Assembly (NCBI GenBank): GCA_022508365.1
Contig: JAFLVH010000004.1
Coordinates: 275-64,274, forward strand
DNA: 64,000 bases
Source: Clostridiales bacterium
GTDB taxonomy: Bacteria > Bacillota > Clostridia > Christensenellales > Pumilibacteraceae
Direction of reading: 5' to 3'
The number at the start of each line of letters is the position of its first letter. Position 1 is the first letter of the stretch. Both the position numbers and the translations under genes were made by a program. The notes below the pieces were generated by a model. That model did no database searches, was not told where the DNA came from, and worked only from the letters and a program-made list of their open reading frames with translations. Shown one piece after another: positions 20,023-29,488 of the stretch.

Positions 20023-22233
20023 TTACTCGATTGCAGTAATGTTCACCATGCCGCCGGAGGCTTTTACCGCCGATTTGCCTGCAGGGACGATAAAGAAATA
20101 CTTGACCGTCTTTTTATCCGACGGCAGATTGAGATTGACGGAAATGTTCTGTTTGGCGTCTATCATGAACTCGCCGCCGCCCTCGCCGTCGATTACAAAG
20201 TTGCGCACGATAAACTTTCCGCCCTCGCCCTTGAACATGTTTACTTCGTCCATGATTAGCGCCGTGCCCTCGTCCGCCACCTCTATGCTGTACACGTGAC
20301 CCAAAAGCTTTAGGTTTGTAACCGAGTTGAGCCCGGGCAGGAACGTGCCGAACGATATTGCGTCCTTTAAGTCGGGACGGAAGTATTCTATATCTATAAG
20401 CTCCTGCATGCCGATTAACGCAAGCATATTGCCGTTGGCGGACAGGTATTCGTCGTCCTGAACGCGCTTGCCCTTGGGCAGATACACAGAATAGTTTTCC
20501 ACATTGTCGCTTTCGTTTGCCGACCACAGCGCCGCGCTCTTTTGCGCGATCTGCGCCGCAAGCTCGTCCAGTCCGTAACGCTTGAGCCCGTGATAGACTA
20601 TAAAGTTGACGTACGGCACTATGCTGCCGCGGTATACAAGGTACGGCGGCGTGCGCTTGCCGTTGTTGTCGGGCTTACTGCGCTTGCCGTACTCGCGGTT
20701 GTCTATAGACAGCGTGGGAATTACGTAGTCGCCCCAAAACCTGTTGGTGTCGGTAAGATTGTTGACTATAAGCGAGAGCTTTTCCGGCGTGTCCACCGCA
20801 CCTGCGAGCAGCGGATAGAAGGAGGTTGCGCCAATCGCCGTCGCCCACTGTCCGGTGGTGTATCTGTTTATATACATGCCCTCGCCCTCGCACCAGAACG
20901 TCTCGTTTATCACCTTTTTCATGTCAGCTTTGGCTTTGGCGTACTTAACCCTGTCCTCCGACATATCGAACATGGCGGAAATGCGCTCCAAAACGTCAAA
21001 CGCAAGCAATTTAAGCGACGACAAATCCAGGCTGAACATAGCCGTCGGGTTGAATTTTTCTTTTAATGGCGAGTCCCTCCACTTGTACGCGACGTCGTTT
21101 TTGCTCTTTTCGGCTATGACCGGCGCAGCAATCGGCGGATACAGCTTGACAAGCTTTAAGTATTCATTGAACAGATTTTTCCTATCGGTAGTGTGCATGT
21201 AGTTGTGCCACACCGCAAAAACCGCCATTATCTTGTCTTCCATAGTGTAGCTTAGCTGCCCCATCGCCTGACCTGTGCCCGTGTAGCAGCCTAGTATTGC
21301 CGAACAGTTTTCGTCCGTGCCGTCAATATCGAAGTGATTGTCAAGCACCGTGCGCTTTGGCGTGAAGATTTCCGAAAGAAAATACGGATAATACACGCGC
21401 GACCACAGCACCGCGTTTAGCATACGCTCCACCGGTGCGCCCAGTTCGCCGGAGCCCATGGTCTTATTTACGCCGTAGCGGAGCTCGCTCGTTTCTATTA
21501 GGCTTTTTATTCTGTCAAACCGCGGAAGCTCGGCTTCGTCCGTGTCGCTGTCGTTGACGCCGGCGTACACGTATACGCTGGGCTGGCGGCGGTTGATGAC
21601 AAACTCCATTATCGCCTCGTTGAACGCGCCGTTTGCCGAATCGGACGGCGGCATGTATGACTGCGCGTAAAAGTACTCGCGCCGGCTGTCATCCACCGCC
21701 AAGTATCTGCCGCGATACACGGCGTTGTTGTCGGTAAGCTCCACCGTACCCGGCACTACCGCCATGTACGGACTGCGGCCGCGCACCACCGCACCCTCAA
21801 TGGACAGCTCACCCGGGCAGTCGTAGCACGGATAGAATATAACTCTGACGCGAAGCTTCCGCTTGGAGCTGACCTGTAAAATAAGCGACCTGTCGTTTTG
21901 CCGCGCCCACTTTATGCTGAGTGGACCGGAATTGAAGTGCGCAAAGCTTCCGTCCGCGGTGTTGGCGCAGCTGCTACCCATCTTGCGCACAAAGTCGTCG
22001 TTGTCCAGCCACTTTTTGCCGGAATAATACAATACGCGCACGCCCCACATGGATCCGTGCTTGCCAACCAACATTGCGCCGTTGATCGCGCGGTAGTCAT
22101 ACCCCACGCCCATTATGCACTTATCCGGGAAGTTGCTTCTGCCTATCGGCGGACCGTCGTCCGTCACCTCGTAAAACTTATCGAAAAACGGCGGGCGGAA
22201 AGCAAATCCGTATTCCTTATTTATATACTTCAT
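20023..22233 (-). CDS. MGH1/GH63-like (alpha/alpha)6 glycoside hydrolase
   Basis: C-terminal half has INETFWCEGEGMY, IGATSFYPLLAG, YRGSIVPYVNFIVYHGLKRYG, ENY; no signal peptide. Confidence 0.7.
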   Translation of the reverse strand: MKYINKEYGFAFRPPFFDKFYEVTDDGPPIGRSNFPDKCIMGVGYDYRAINGAMLVGKHGSMWGVRVLYYSGKKWLDNDDFVRKMGSSCANTADGSFAHFNSGPLSIKWARQNDRSLILQVSSKRKLRVRVIFYPCYDCPGELSIEGAVVRGRSPYMAVVPGTVELTDNNAVYRGRYLAVDDSRREYFYAQSYMPPSDSANGAFNEAIMEFVINRRQPSVYVYAGVNDSDTDEAELPRFDRIKSLIETSELRYGVNKTMGSGELGAPVERMLNAVLWSRVYYPYFLSEIFTPKRTVLDNHFDIDGTDENCSAILGCYTGTGQAMGQLSYTMEDKIMAVFAVWHNYMHTTDRKNLFNEYLKLVKLYPPIAAPVIAEKSKNDVAYKWRDSPLKEKFNPTAMFSLDLSSLKLLAFDVLERISAMFDMSEDRVKYAKAKADMKKVINETFWCEGEGMYINRYTTGQWATAIGATSFYPLLAGAVDTPEKLSLIVNNLTDTNRFWGDYVIPTLSIDNREYGKRSKPDNNGKRTPPYLVYRGSIVPYVNFIVYHGLKRYGLDELAAQIAQKSAALWSANESDNVENYSVYLPKGKRVQDDEYLSANGNMLALIGMQELIDIEYFRPDLKDAISFGTFLPGLNSVTNLKLLGHVYSIEVADEGTALIMDEVNMFKGEGGKFIVRNFVIDGEGGGEFMIDAKQNISVNLNLPSDKKTVKYFFIVPAGKSAVKASGGMVNITAIE

Positions 22234-22254
22234 AGTTTTACCTTGCCCCCGTCT

Positions 22255-23739
22255 CTATGCCAATAAATACGCGTTGGAAGGAAGCGACAAAACCTGCTCC
22301 GTCCGTGCGCTAATCTTAAAAGAATTGTTAGCGAGCGTTTTATCCGGCACCAGATACACTCGCGCCGATTTTGCACACCTGACCTGCCAGTCTCCGCTGC
22401 ACAAAAGATCGAAAATTTCGGGATTGACCGACACAACCGCCGCCGTCACCGCACTGTCCGCAAACACGTCGATCAGCTGCGCCTTGATTTTTCTAAGTAA
22501 AAAGTTGGGCGCCTGCACGTACGCCGCGCCGTGACATTCCGAGCACTTGCGTAATAGCTGTGACTGTATCTCTTTGCCAGTCTTTTTGCGCGTCATCTGC
22601 ACAAGCCCAAGCTCGGTCATTGGCAGCACGCGCGTGCGAATGCGGTCTAAGCTCGCCTCTTTGCGCAGCACCTCCACAACTTCCTCGTTGTGCAAGGGGT
22701 CCTGCATGTCAATAAAGTCAATCACCACCATGCCGCCGACATTGCGAAGGCGAAGCTGCCGTGCAATCTCCTTGGCCGCCTCGCAGTTGGTCTCGAACAC
22801 AGTCTTCTCTCTGTCTGTTTCGCCCGTGAATTTGGCGGAGTTGACGTCTATTACGGTAAGCGCCTCCGTGTAGTCAATAACTATATTGCCGCCGCTTTTA
22901 AGCTCTATCTTGGGCTGTAGCAGCTTTTCCACCTCGCCGAGAACTTTGTACTTTTTTAGCACGTCCTTGTCCTCGACAACCGTTACCTTTACCGCGCTGG
23001 CGAGGTTTTCCGAAAGGTACTTCTTTAGCTGCATAGCCACGGCGCGACTGTTGCACACAATCTCGTCCACGGTGGAATTGAATAAATCCCTGACCGAGCG
23101 GAAAATAAGATCTCCGTCGGTAAACAGCCTGTCCACGCCCTCGGTGGAGTTGAACTTGTCCAAAATAGAAGTATACAGCTTGAAAAAATAGTGGATTTCG
23201 TCTATGATGTCCGACCTAGGCGCGTCCTTTGCCGCAGTACGCGCAATAAGTCCGCAGCCCGGCATCGGGCGGTTGGAAGTTAAAAGCTCGGTTAGCTTTT
23301 CGCGCGTAGCCTCGTCAGCTATCTTGTTTGACACGCCGATAAAGTCCACCGTAGGCATAAACACAATGTATCTGCCCGGAATGGAAAGGTTGGAAGAAAG
23401 CCTTGCACCCTTTGTCTCCGTCGGCTCTTTTACCGCTTGAACAAGCACGTAATCGCCTTCCGACACGTCAAGCTTAGTGGGAAGCTGACCGGAACGAAAC
23501 AAAGCAGTGCGGTTTTCCAGCATGTCGGACGCCGCCAAAAACCCGTTTTTGCGCTTGCCGATATCTACAAAAGCAGACGAAAGCCCCGGCAAAACATTTA
23601 CAACTCTGCCCTTGTAAATGTCGCCGGTGATGAGCTCCGTGTTTCTGTCTTCTACGTAAAACTCCTCAAGCACCCCGTCTTCCAGTAGAGCGACAGAGCA
23701 CATATACGGTTCATAGTCAACGAGAATTTTGCTTTTCAA
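22255..23739 (-). CDS. rng: Rne/Rng family ribonuclease (RNase G)
   Basis: GDIYKGRVVNVLPGLSSAFVDIG (S1 domain), KEPTETKGARLS, EALTVIDVNS, VIDFIDM; likely TTG start at 23739 with GAGGT (track start 23766). Confidence 0.92.
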   Translation of the reverse strand: MKSKILVDYEPYMCSVALLEDGVLEEFYVEDRNTELITGDIYKGRVVNVLPGLSSAFVDIGKRKNGFLAASDMLENRTALFRSGQLPTKLDVSEGDYVLVQAVKEPTETKGARLSSNLSIPGRYIVFMPTVDFIGVSNKIADEATREKLTELLTSNRPMPGCGLIARTAAKDAPRSDIIDEIHYFFKLYTSILDKFNSTEGVDRLFTDGDLIFRSVRDLFNSTVDEIVCNSRAVAMQLKKYLSENLASAVKVTVVEDKDVLKKYKVLGEVEKLLQPKIELKSGGNIVIDYTEALTVIDVNSAKFTGETDREKTVFETNCEAAKEIARQLRLRNVGGMVVIDFIDMQDPLHNEEVVEVLRKEASLDRIRTRVLPMTELGLVQMTRKKTGKEIQSQLLRKCSECHGAAYVQAPNFLLRKIKAQLIDVFADSAVTAAVVSVNPEIFDLLCSGDWQVRCAKSARVYLVPDKTLANNSFKISARTEQVLSLPSNAYLLA

Positions 23740-23799
23740 AACGACCTCTTGCTTAACAATACGCACGTCGGCAAGTGTGAATATTTTTTGCCAAATACT

Positions 23800-23828
23800 A
23801 TTGTACTACAAAATTTGCCGTTTGTCTA
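23800..23828 (-). promoter_or_regulatory. Putative sigma-A promoter for rng
   Basis: TAGACA-17 bp-TACAAT. Confidence 0.5.
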
Positions 23829-23848
23829 TATTTTTGACTTATTTTATT

Positions 23849-24724
23849 TTACTTGATTAACGCTTTTGTCACATTTTCGGAATAACCATAGCGCTTGACT
23901 GCATCGATTAGCTGTGACTCGGAAAGATGTCCGCACGGCTTCATGTCGTCGCCTACTACGGTAAATTCGGTGTATCTGTCCGGGTCGAGCGCGACGGCAA
24001 GGTCGGATAAAGCGGCGGTGTCCGACACGGCATAACGCCTTACTTCAAGCGGACTTTTAAGCCGCTCCGCCCTACTTCCCGCAGCAAACAGCGCGTGATA
24101 TTTTGCGCGATCGTCCGGAATAAACGCCGAAAGCGTCATAAACAGCCCAACGCCCAGCAAGCTGAGATTGACAGTCCAAAACGCAGAAAGCACAAACAGC
24201 GCAATCGCGATAAGTCCGAATATTACGGACAAAATGCGCACAATCTTGTACGCCTTATTTCGCTTTACCCTGCCCGACAAAATCCCGAGCAACACCCTAC
24301 CGCCGTCCAGCGGATATACGGGCAAAAGATTGAACAGACCGATATACACGTTGCAAAAGCAAAACGCCTGAGTAAACATGTACGACGACGGCAACAGCCA
24401 CCACACCGCCGCTATCACCACCGCGACAAACAAATTGAACACGGGCCCGGAAATCGCTATAAGCACTTCGTGTTTTGGTTTTAACTCCAAATCGCCGCAC
24501 AGCGCGGCGCCGTACGGCATGAGCTTTATTATGTTTAGCTCGTACCCTAACTTTTTTGCCACCCTTGCGTGTGCGCACTCGTGCAAAAGCACGGCGGCAA
24601 GCGAACAAAAAAATTCGTACGCCATGCCCACCGCAACAAAGTACAGCGCCATTACAAACATTATCGGCGATATATATATGCGCATCTCGTCGCCGCTTTG
24701 GGTGTTATGCGAATGCCTGCCCAT
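23849..24724 (-). CDS. SpoIVFB-like M50 intramembrane metalloprotease
   Basis: LHECAH, IAISGP, FNLLPVYPLDGGR; multiple TM segments; start may be ATG at 24685. Confidence 0.85.
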   Translation of the reverse strand: MGRHSHNTQSGDEMRIYISPIMFVMALYFVAVGMAYEFFCSLAAVLLHECAHARVAKKLGYELNIIKLMPYGAALCGDLELKPKHEVLIAISGPVFNLFVAVVIAAVWWLLPSSYMFTQAFCFCNVYIGLFNLLPVYPLDGGRVLLGILSGRVKRNKAYKIVRILSVIFGLIAIALFVLSAFWTVNLSLLGVGLFMTLSAFIPDDRAKYHALFAAGSRAERLKSPLEVRRYAVSDTAALSDLAVALDPDRYTEFTVVGDDMKPCGHLSESQLIDAVKRYGYSENVTKALIK

Positions 24725-24730
24725 ACCTTA

Positions 24731-25003
24731 TCAGCCGAAAATAGACGTGCCGAAGCCGCTTCGCCCGAACACGTCGTAACAAAACACCTTGCTAAGCACA
24801 TCGGTAATAGCTTGTTGCTGCGGCAGAATAGGAAAATAATGCAATACCAAAATCACGCCTACAATGAGCGCGGATATGATAAGCCGCATTAAAAAATGCG
24901 ATTTTGCTTTTTTTTCGCTCACCTTTTTTGCATGATTATTCTCTTTTATCGGCGCTGTTACCACGCTTTCCACTATGTTACAGCCTTTATACTTTTCGTC
25001 CAT
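24731..25003 (-). CDS. Small single-TM protein in the spoIVFA position
   Basis: Basic N-terminus, one hydrophobic helix LIISALIVGVILVLHYFPIL, directly upstream of the spoIVFB-like gene. Confidence 0.6.
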   Translation of the reverse strand: MDEKYKGCNIVESVVTAPIKENNHAKKVSEKKAKSHFLMRLIISALIVGVILVLHYFPILPQQQAITDVLSKVFCYDVFGRSGFGTSIFG

Positions 25004-25008
25004 GCCAT

Positions 25009-25037
25009 AATATATGAGAGACAGCGCCCGAATATTA
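25009..25037 (-). promoter_or_regulatory. Sigma-E-like sporulation promoter
   Basis: TAATATT-14 bp-CATATATT, matching the sigma-E pattern; spoIVF is sigma-E controlled in B. subtilis. Confidence 0.5.
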
Positions 25038-25047
25038 TACGCAGGCT

Positions 25048-25278
25048 TTAATAGTTGTCCGAAGTATTTCCTATACCGAATATTCTGTTTACGTGCGCCG
25101 TGATTTTTACGACATAGCCGTCGTCCGTTCTGTCGGCCGCTACGTCCAACGTTTTTACGTCCATGTAGTCGGACAAAAGCGCAAAAATGTCGCTTTGCGC
25201 CACCTTTAGCGTGCGTTTGACTGTGCCGTCCTCGTCGTTTTCTATCATTTTTGCTATACGCTCGGAGATGTTTGACAT
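25048..25278 (-). CDS. Divergent MinE-like topological specificity factor
   Basis: 76 aa immediately after minD; SERIAKMIEND...AQSDIFALLSDYMDV resembles the MinE AKERL...DILxVISKY pattern. Confidence 0.6.
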   Translation of the reverse strand: MSNISERIAKMIENDEDGTVKRTLKVAQSDIFALLSDYMDVKTLDVAADRTDDGYVVKITAHVNRIFGIGNTSDNY

Positions 25279-25279
25279 T

Positions 25280-26035
25280 TTAACTCCTTTTACTCAGTCT
25301 TCGTCTTATTCCGCCGAAAAATCCGCGGTATGCCGCCGCCGGGTCGATCGGCTCGCCCGTGCCGAAGTGCAGACGCTTTGCCAAAAGCTCAAACGGCTTC
25401 TTGGGCATCTCCGAAAAGCCGAACACTCCGTCCGTTTCGGGAATAATACCGTCAACGCGCACCTTGAGCAAATCCTCTATCTCGTCCTTGCTAGGGATCT
25501 TTCCTTCCGCAAGCAGATCGCCGCGCACTCGGTTTACCACCACCGTAGGCGGAATTTTGTACGAAGATAAAAGCGCAATCACCTTGTGGGCGTCTCTTAG
25601 TGCGCTTATGTGCGGCGTTGTAACAACCAATGCGCTGTCGCACGCGCCTACCGCGCGATTAAAGCCCATCTCTATCCCGGCGGGACAATCGACAAGCACG
25701 TAATCAAACGTTACGGCAAGGCTGTTGAGAATAACCTTAATGTTCTGCGAAGTCACCCTTTCGCCCAAATACCCGTGCGCGGACGGCAAAAGATATAAGT
25801 TTCTGTTGCATTCCACAAGCGCCTGGCGCACCCGACACCTGTTTTCTATAACGTCCGCTATATCGTAAACAACGCGGTTTTCCTTTTCCAAAACCACGTC
25901 GAGATTGTTCAATCCGAAATCGGCGTCTATAAGCACAACACGCCTATTAAGCTCCGATAAAGCTCTTCCCAAACACGCCGTAACAGTAGTTTTGCCTACG
26001 CCGCCTTTGCCCGATGTAACCACTATGCTCTTCAT
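25280..26035 (-). CDS. minD: Septum site-determining ATPase MinD
   Basis: IVVTSGKGGVGKTT, DADFGLNNLD, DCPAGIE, TTP; true start ATG at 26035 or 26038 rather than 26131. Confidence 0.92.
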   Translation of the reverse strand: MKSIVVTSGKGGVGKTTVTACLGRALSELNRRVVLIDADFGLNNLDVVLEKENRVVYDIADVIENRCRVRQALVECNRNLYLLPSAHGYLGERVTSQNIKVILNSLAVTFDYVLVDCPAGIEMGFNRAVGACDSALVVTTPHISALRDAHKVIALLSSYKIPPTVVVNRVRGDLLAEGKIPSKDEIEDLLKVRVDGIIPETDGVFGFSEMPKKPFELLAKRLHFGTGEPIDPAAAYRGFFGGIRRRLSKRS

Positions 26036-26042
26036 CATAAAA

Positions 26043-26071
26043 AGTATAGTACCCGGCAAAAAAATTTTCAA
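26043..26071 (-). promoter_or_regulatory. Sigma-A promoter abutting the minD start
   Basis: TTGAAA-17 bp-TATACT; ATGs lie 4 and 7 nt downstream; no SD. Confidence 0.55.
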
Positions 26072-26182
26072 GCGGAAATTTGTTCGCTTTTGTCGCAAAC
26101 AAATAAAAATTTTTTTGATAATAAACCTCATCCGTCGCCTACTGCGACACCTTACCCCAAGGGGAAGGCTTATAAGGTTGCT

Positions 26183-27196
26183 TTATTGATGAGATATTAT
26201 ATCGTAAAGCAGTTCGTCGTCTGACAGGAGCTTGCCTCCGCCGAGCACAGTCGCGTATTCCGCTTCTGCAGGGATATAGATTTTGAGTCTTAAAAGCTTT
26301 TCGAGCATTTGTTTAAGTCCCGGTATCATAGCGCAACCGCCGACAACGGTCATGCCCGTGCGCTGAATTTCCGCGGCGACGGTGGGAGTGCTGGCGTTGA
26401 TTACGCTTTCCACAGCGTCGGAAATGTTCTTGTAATAGTCGAACACCACGCCGTACAGTTCCTGCGCGGCTATCGTTTGCGAGCGGATTACCTTGCTTTC
26501 CACGTCTATGCCGCTGACAACCGTCGTCAAGCAGTCGTTGCGGATGAGTGAGCATATCTTTTCCCTCACGCCGCGCATGCCCGTCCTGCCTATGTTAATC
26601 TTATATTTGCCGCTTACCCAGTCCATAAGCGCGCGGTCTATCATGTCGCCGCCTATGTTGATGCCGTAGCCCGACACTATTCCGCATAGGCTTAGTATGG
26701 CTACTTCCGTTCCGCCGCCGCCGATGGACGTAATAAGTCCGCCGAAATTGGACGAAATCGGCATATCAGTGCCGATTGCGGCAAGTATACACGAGCTTAC
26801 CATTGTTATGTCGTCTATGCCGGCGCGCATAAGCACGTCCTCGTACGTCTCCCTATCGGCAACGGTTATGCCGAGCGGCACGCCGACAATACATCTGATT
26901 TTCGGCTTGAACACATACGATTCGGGCAAAATCTTTGTTACAAACTCGGCGAGCATATCCGCGCAGGCGTCCGCATCCTTGATTGATCCGTCAATAATGG
27001 GACAGACGATCTTGGTCTTGTCGGGCGCTTTGCCCATCATGCTGTAAGCCTCGCTGCCCACGGCGCGCGTGCGCTTTTTTCCGCCGTCATCAAAGTAAGC
27101 GATTACGGACGGCTCATGCAAAACTATGCCGTTGCCCGATACAAATATCGACGTGAACGACGTGCCCAAATCAAGCGCGATATCCATCTTCGCCAT
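26183..27196 (-). CDS. Divergent MreB-like actin homolog
   Basis: DIALDLGTS, EPSVIAY, PIIDGSIKD, IGGDMIDRA, VGGCAMIPG; catalytic motifs altered (see findings). Confidence 0.85.
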   Translation of the reverse strand: MAKMDIALDLGTSFTSIFVSGNGIVLHEPSVIAYFDDGGKKRTRAVGSEAYSMMGKAPDKTKIVCPIIDGSIKDADACADMLAEFVTKILPESYVFKPKIRCIVGVPLGITVADRETYEDVLMRAGIDDITMVSSCILAAIGTDMPISSNFGGLITSIGGGGTEVAILSLCGIVSGYGINIGGDMIDRALMDWVSGKYKINIGRTGMRGVREKICSLIRNDCLTTVVSGIDVESKVIRSQTIAAQELYGVVFDYYKNISDAVESVINASTPTVAAEIQRTGMTVVGGCAMIPGLKQMLEKLLRLKIYIPAEAEYATVLGGGKLLSDDELLYDIISHQ

Positions 27197-27782
27197 AAAT
27201 CAAATTCTCCTCGATAAGTTTTTCCGTGAGTTTTACCGGCAGCCCTACGACGTTGTCGTAGTCGCCGTCCACCGCAGTAATAAGCGGTTTTATCTGCGGA
27301 TCGTCTATGTTGTATCCGCCCGCCTTGTCGAACGGCGCACCGCTCTCGACATAATTATACACCAAATCTTTGTCAAATGCACCAAAAGTGACGTGTGTTT
27401 TTTCGGTTTTTTCTATAATTTTTCCGTTTACGGCAAAAAAAACAGCGGTAACCACCTCGTGAGTGTTGCCGCAAAGCGACTTTAGCATACGCACCGCATC
27501 ATCATACGTTTCGGGCTTGCCGTACACAATGTCATTAAGTCCCACAACCGTATCAAACGCCAAAACGGGTAATTCCGTCTTTTTCATTGCCGCCTCGCCC
27601 TTTTTGCGCGCGTTTGCCGCAGCGGTCTGTTCCGCGCCCGATAGCGTAACTTCTTCTACGTCCATCGGCATGAAAATAGGGTTTATCCGCCCTATTCTGC
27701 GTATAAGCAAACGGCGGCGCGGGGACGCCGTTGCAAGCACGATATCAAAGGATTTCAAGATTTTTCTTATACGCCTTGGCAA
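27171..27782 (-). CDS. maf: Maf family nucleoside triphosphate pyrophosphatase
   Basis: VLATASPRRR, AFDTVV, GKP, DKAGGY, NVVGLP; start uncertain (TTG at 27758 possible). Confidence 0.9.
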   Translation of the reverse strand: MPRRIRKILKSFDIVLATASPRRRLLIRRIGRINPIFMPMDVEEVTLSGAEQTAAANARKKGEAAMKKTELPVLAFDTVVGLNDIVYGKPETYDDAVRMLKSLCGNTHEVVTAVFFAVNGKIIEKTEKTHVTFGAFDKDLVYNYVESGAPFDKAGGYNIDDPQIKPLITAVDGDYDNVVGLPVKLTEKLIEENLIYGEDGYRA

Positions 27783-29256
27783 AGTCGGCGCCGGCGGACA
27801 GCGCGTCCTTAATCTCCAGCGAGCAATCGCCTTCCACCTCGGTCTTCATTATTACAGAATCGCCAAGCACGTCGCAGGTTATCGCCTTGACCGAGCCGGA
27901 CATGGAACGGTCGAGCGAGTCCGCTATTCTTAGGATTACCGCAAGCCGCATGACGGCGACAAGGTCCTCCTCCTGCACTATTCCGGCGTACTTTTTCCAC
28001 TCCGCATACGAAAGATCGTCCAAGTCGTGCGCAAGCACAACAAACGCCGCCAACACCAAATCGCGGTGCGAAACACCGTACAGATTGGAGTTCATAATTG
28101 AATAGTTAGAATGCTTGCAGTTGTTGTAAAAGCTTATTCGTCCACCCGTCTCGTGCATTAAAGCCGCTATCCTTAGCACGCGCACGTACTGGCGCGGAAG
28201 CTTGTGCAGCACGCGAAGCTGCTTATACAGCTGTATTGCAAGGTTGCAAACATGCTCCGCATGCGTGATATTAAGTCCGTAATAGTGAAGCCTTGTATAC
28301 ACCGAATAGCCCAAAATGTCGCTAATCGGCTTTTCCAGCGTGGTGGGCACGGCGTGGTTGAACAGCACGCCCTCTCTGATACCCGATCCCGATACAACCA
28401 TCTCGTCGAATTCCGTGCAGCCGAGCAAGCTCTTTATGCATGACAGCGCCGCGCAGAAAATATCGGCGCGCTGGGCAGACAATCCCTTGATTTTGGAGCG
28501 CTTTTCCACATCCAAAATCTTGATCATGTCGTACATTTTGTTGAACGTTTCCACGCTTATGTGATAGTTGTGCACCATGGCAAGCGGATACTTTTCTATC
28601 CGCTGAACAATGCTTGCAAGGTTGCGGAACGAGCCGCCCACTCCGACAAGCTTATATTCGGGATCGAGCGTCTTTAACCATTCGATGCCGGCAAACTGGT
28701 CGCGCATGTACGTTTCTATCATTTGCGATTGCTGAAGCGGCGTTGTGTTTTCGTTGAACAGCGAGGAAAGCGTCATCGTACCTATGGGAAGATTGACGCG
28801 GTTGACTATCATTCGCCTGTTGTACTGTATAAGTTGCAGGGACGAGCCGGATATATCCATAATCACGCCCTTGGGAATCTCCAACGAGTTGATAACGCCG
28901 TAGTATATTTGCGTAGCCTCTTGCTCCTCGCCGAGTACGTCCATCTTGAATCCGCAAACGGTGTTTACTTCCTCCAAAAAGCTACGCTGATTTTTTGCCT
29001 TTCTGACGGCGTTGGTCGCAAAGGCGTAAATTTTTTCCACATTATTGGCATCACAAAGCTTGCGGAACATCTTGAGCGTCTTGACCGCCTGCGCAATACG
29101 CGCCTGCTTAAGATACCCGTCACGCTCCATGTCCTGTGCGAGCCTAACGGTTTCCTTCAGTTCGTCGTACACGACAAAATAGCCGTCGTCTATTACATGC
29201 GCCAAAACCAGTCTTGCGGAATTGGATCCCAAATCAATGATAGCAATGTTATTCAA
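27745..29256 (-). CDS. ppx: Ppx/GppA exopolyphosphatase with HD-like C-terminal domain
   Basis: IIDLGSNSARL, ATNAVRKAKN, GEQEA, MDISGSS, GVGGSFRN, SGIREG. Confidence 0.9.
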   Translation of the reverse strand: MNNIAIIDLGSNSARLVLAHVIDDGYFVVYDELKETVRLAQDMERDGYLKQARIAQAVKTLKMFRKLCDANNVEKIYAFATNAVRKAKNQRSFLEEVNTVCGFKMDVLGEEQEATQIYYGVINSLEIPKGVIMDISGSSLQLIQYNRRMIVNRVNLPIGTMTLSSLFNENTTPLQQSQMIETYMRDQFAGIEWLKTLDPEYKLVGVGGSFRNLASIVQRIEKYPLAMVHNYHISVETFNKMYDMIKILDVEKRSKIKGLSAQRADIFCAALSCIKSLLGCTEFDEMVVSGSGIREGVLFNHAVPTTLEKPISDILGYSVYTRLHYYGLNITHAEHVCNLAIQLYKQLRVLHKLPRQYVRVLRIAALMHETGGRISFYNNCKHSNYSIMNSNLYGVSHRDLVLAAFVVLAHDLDDLSYAEWKKYAGIVQEEDLVAVMRLAVILRIADSLDRSMSGSVKAITCDVLGDSVIMKTEVEGDCSLEIKDALSAGADFAKAYKKNLEIL

Positions 29257-29451
29257 AACCGTTACCTCAATGCAATATAAAAAAGCCTATTTCGATTTAT
29301 ACACGAATTATAACATATATTTCAACTCTTGTAAAGGGGGTATTATGCATAAATTTTAATAATTTTTTTGTAACTTTTGGCTAAATAATGCCGAATGGGC
29401 CTTGAAGTCGGCGCAGGCAGTCAACCATTTCGACAAAATGCGGCAAAACTC

Positions 29452-29480
29452 TTTACTTTTTTTTACACGCGTGATAAAAT
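29452..29480 (+). promoter_or_regulatory. Extended -10 sigma-A promoter abutting the start codon
   Basis: TTTACT-17 bp-TAAAAT with TG; ATG 8 nt downstream; no SD. Confidence 0.5.
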
Positions 29481-29488
29481 AATATAGT

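Noticed and set aside
27745-27782. 38-bp ppx/maf overlap
   Set aside because: Probably an over-extended start; TTG at 27758 reduces it to an ordinary short overlap.
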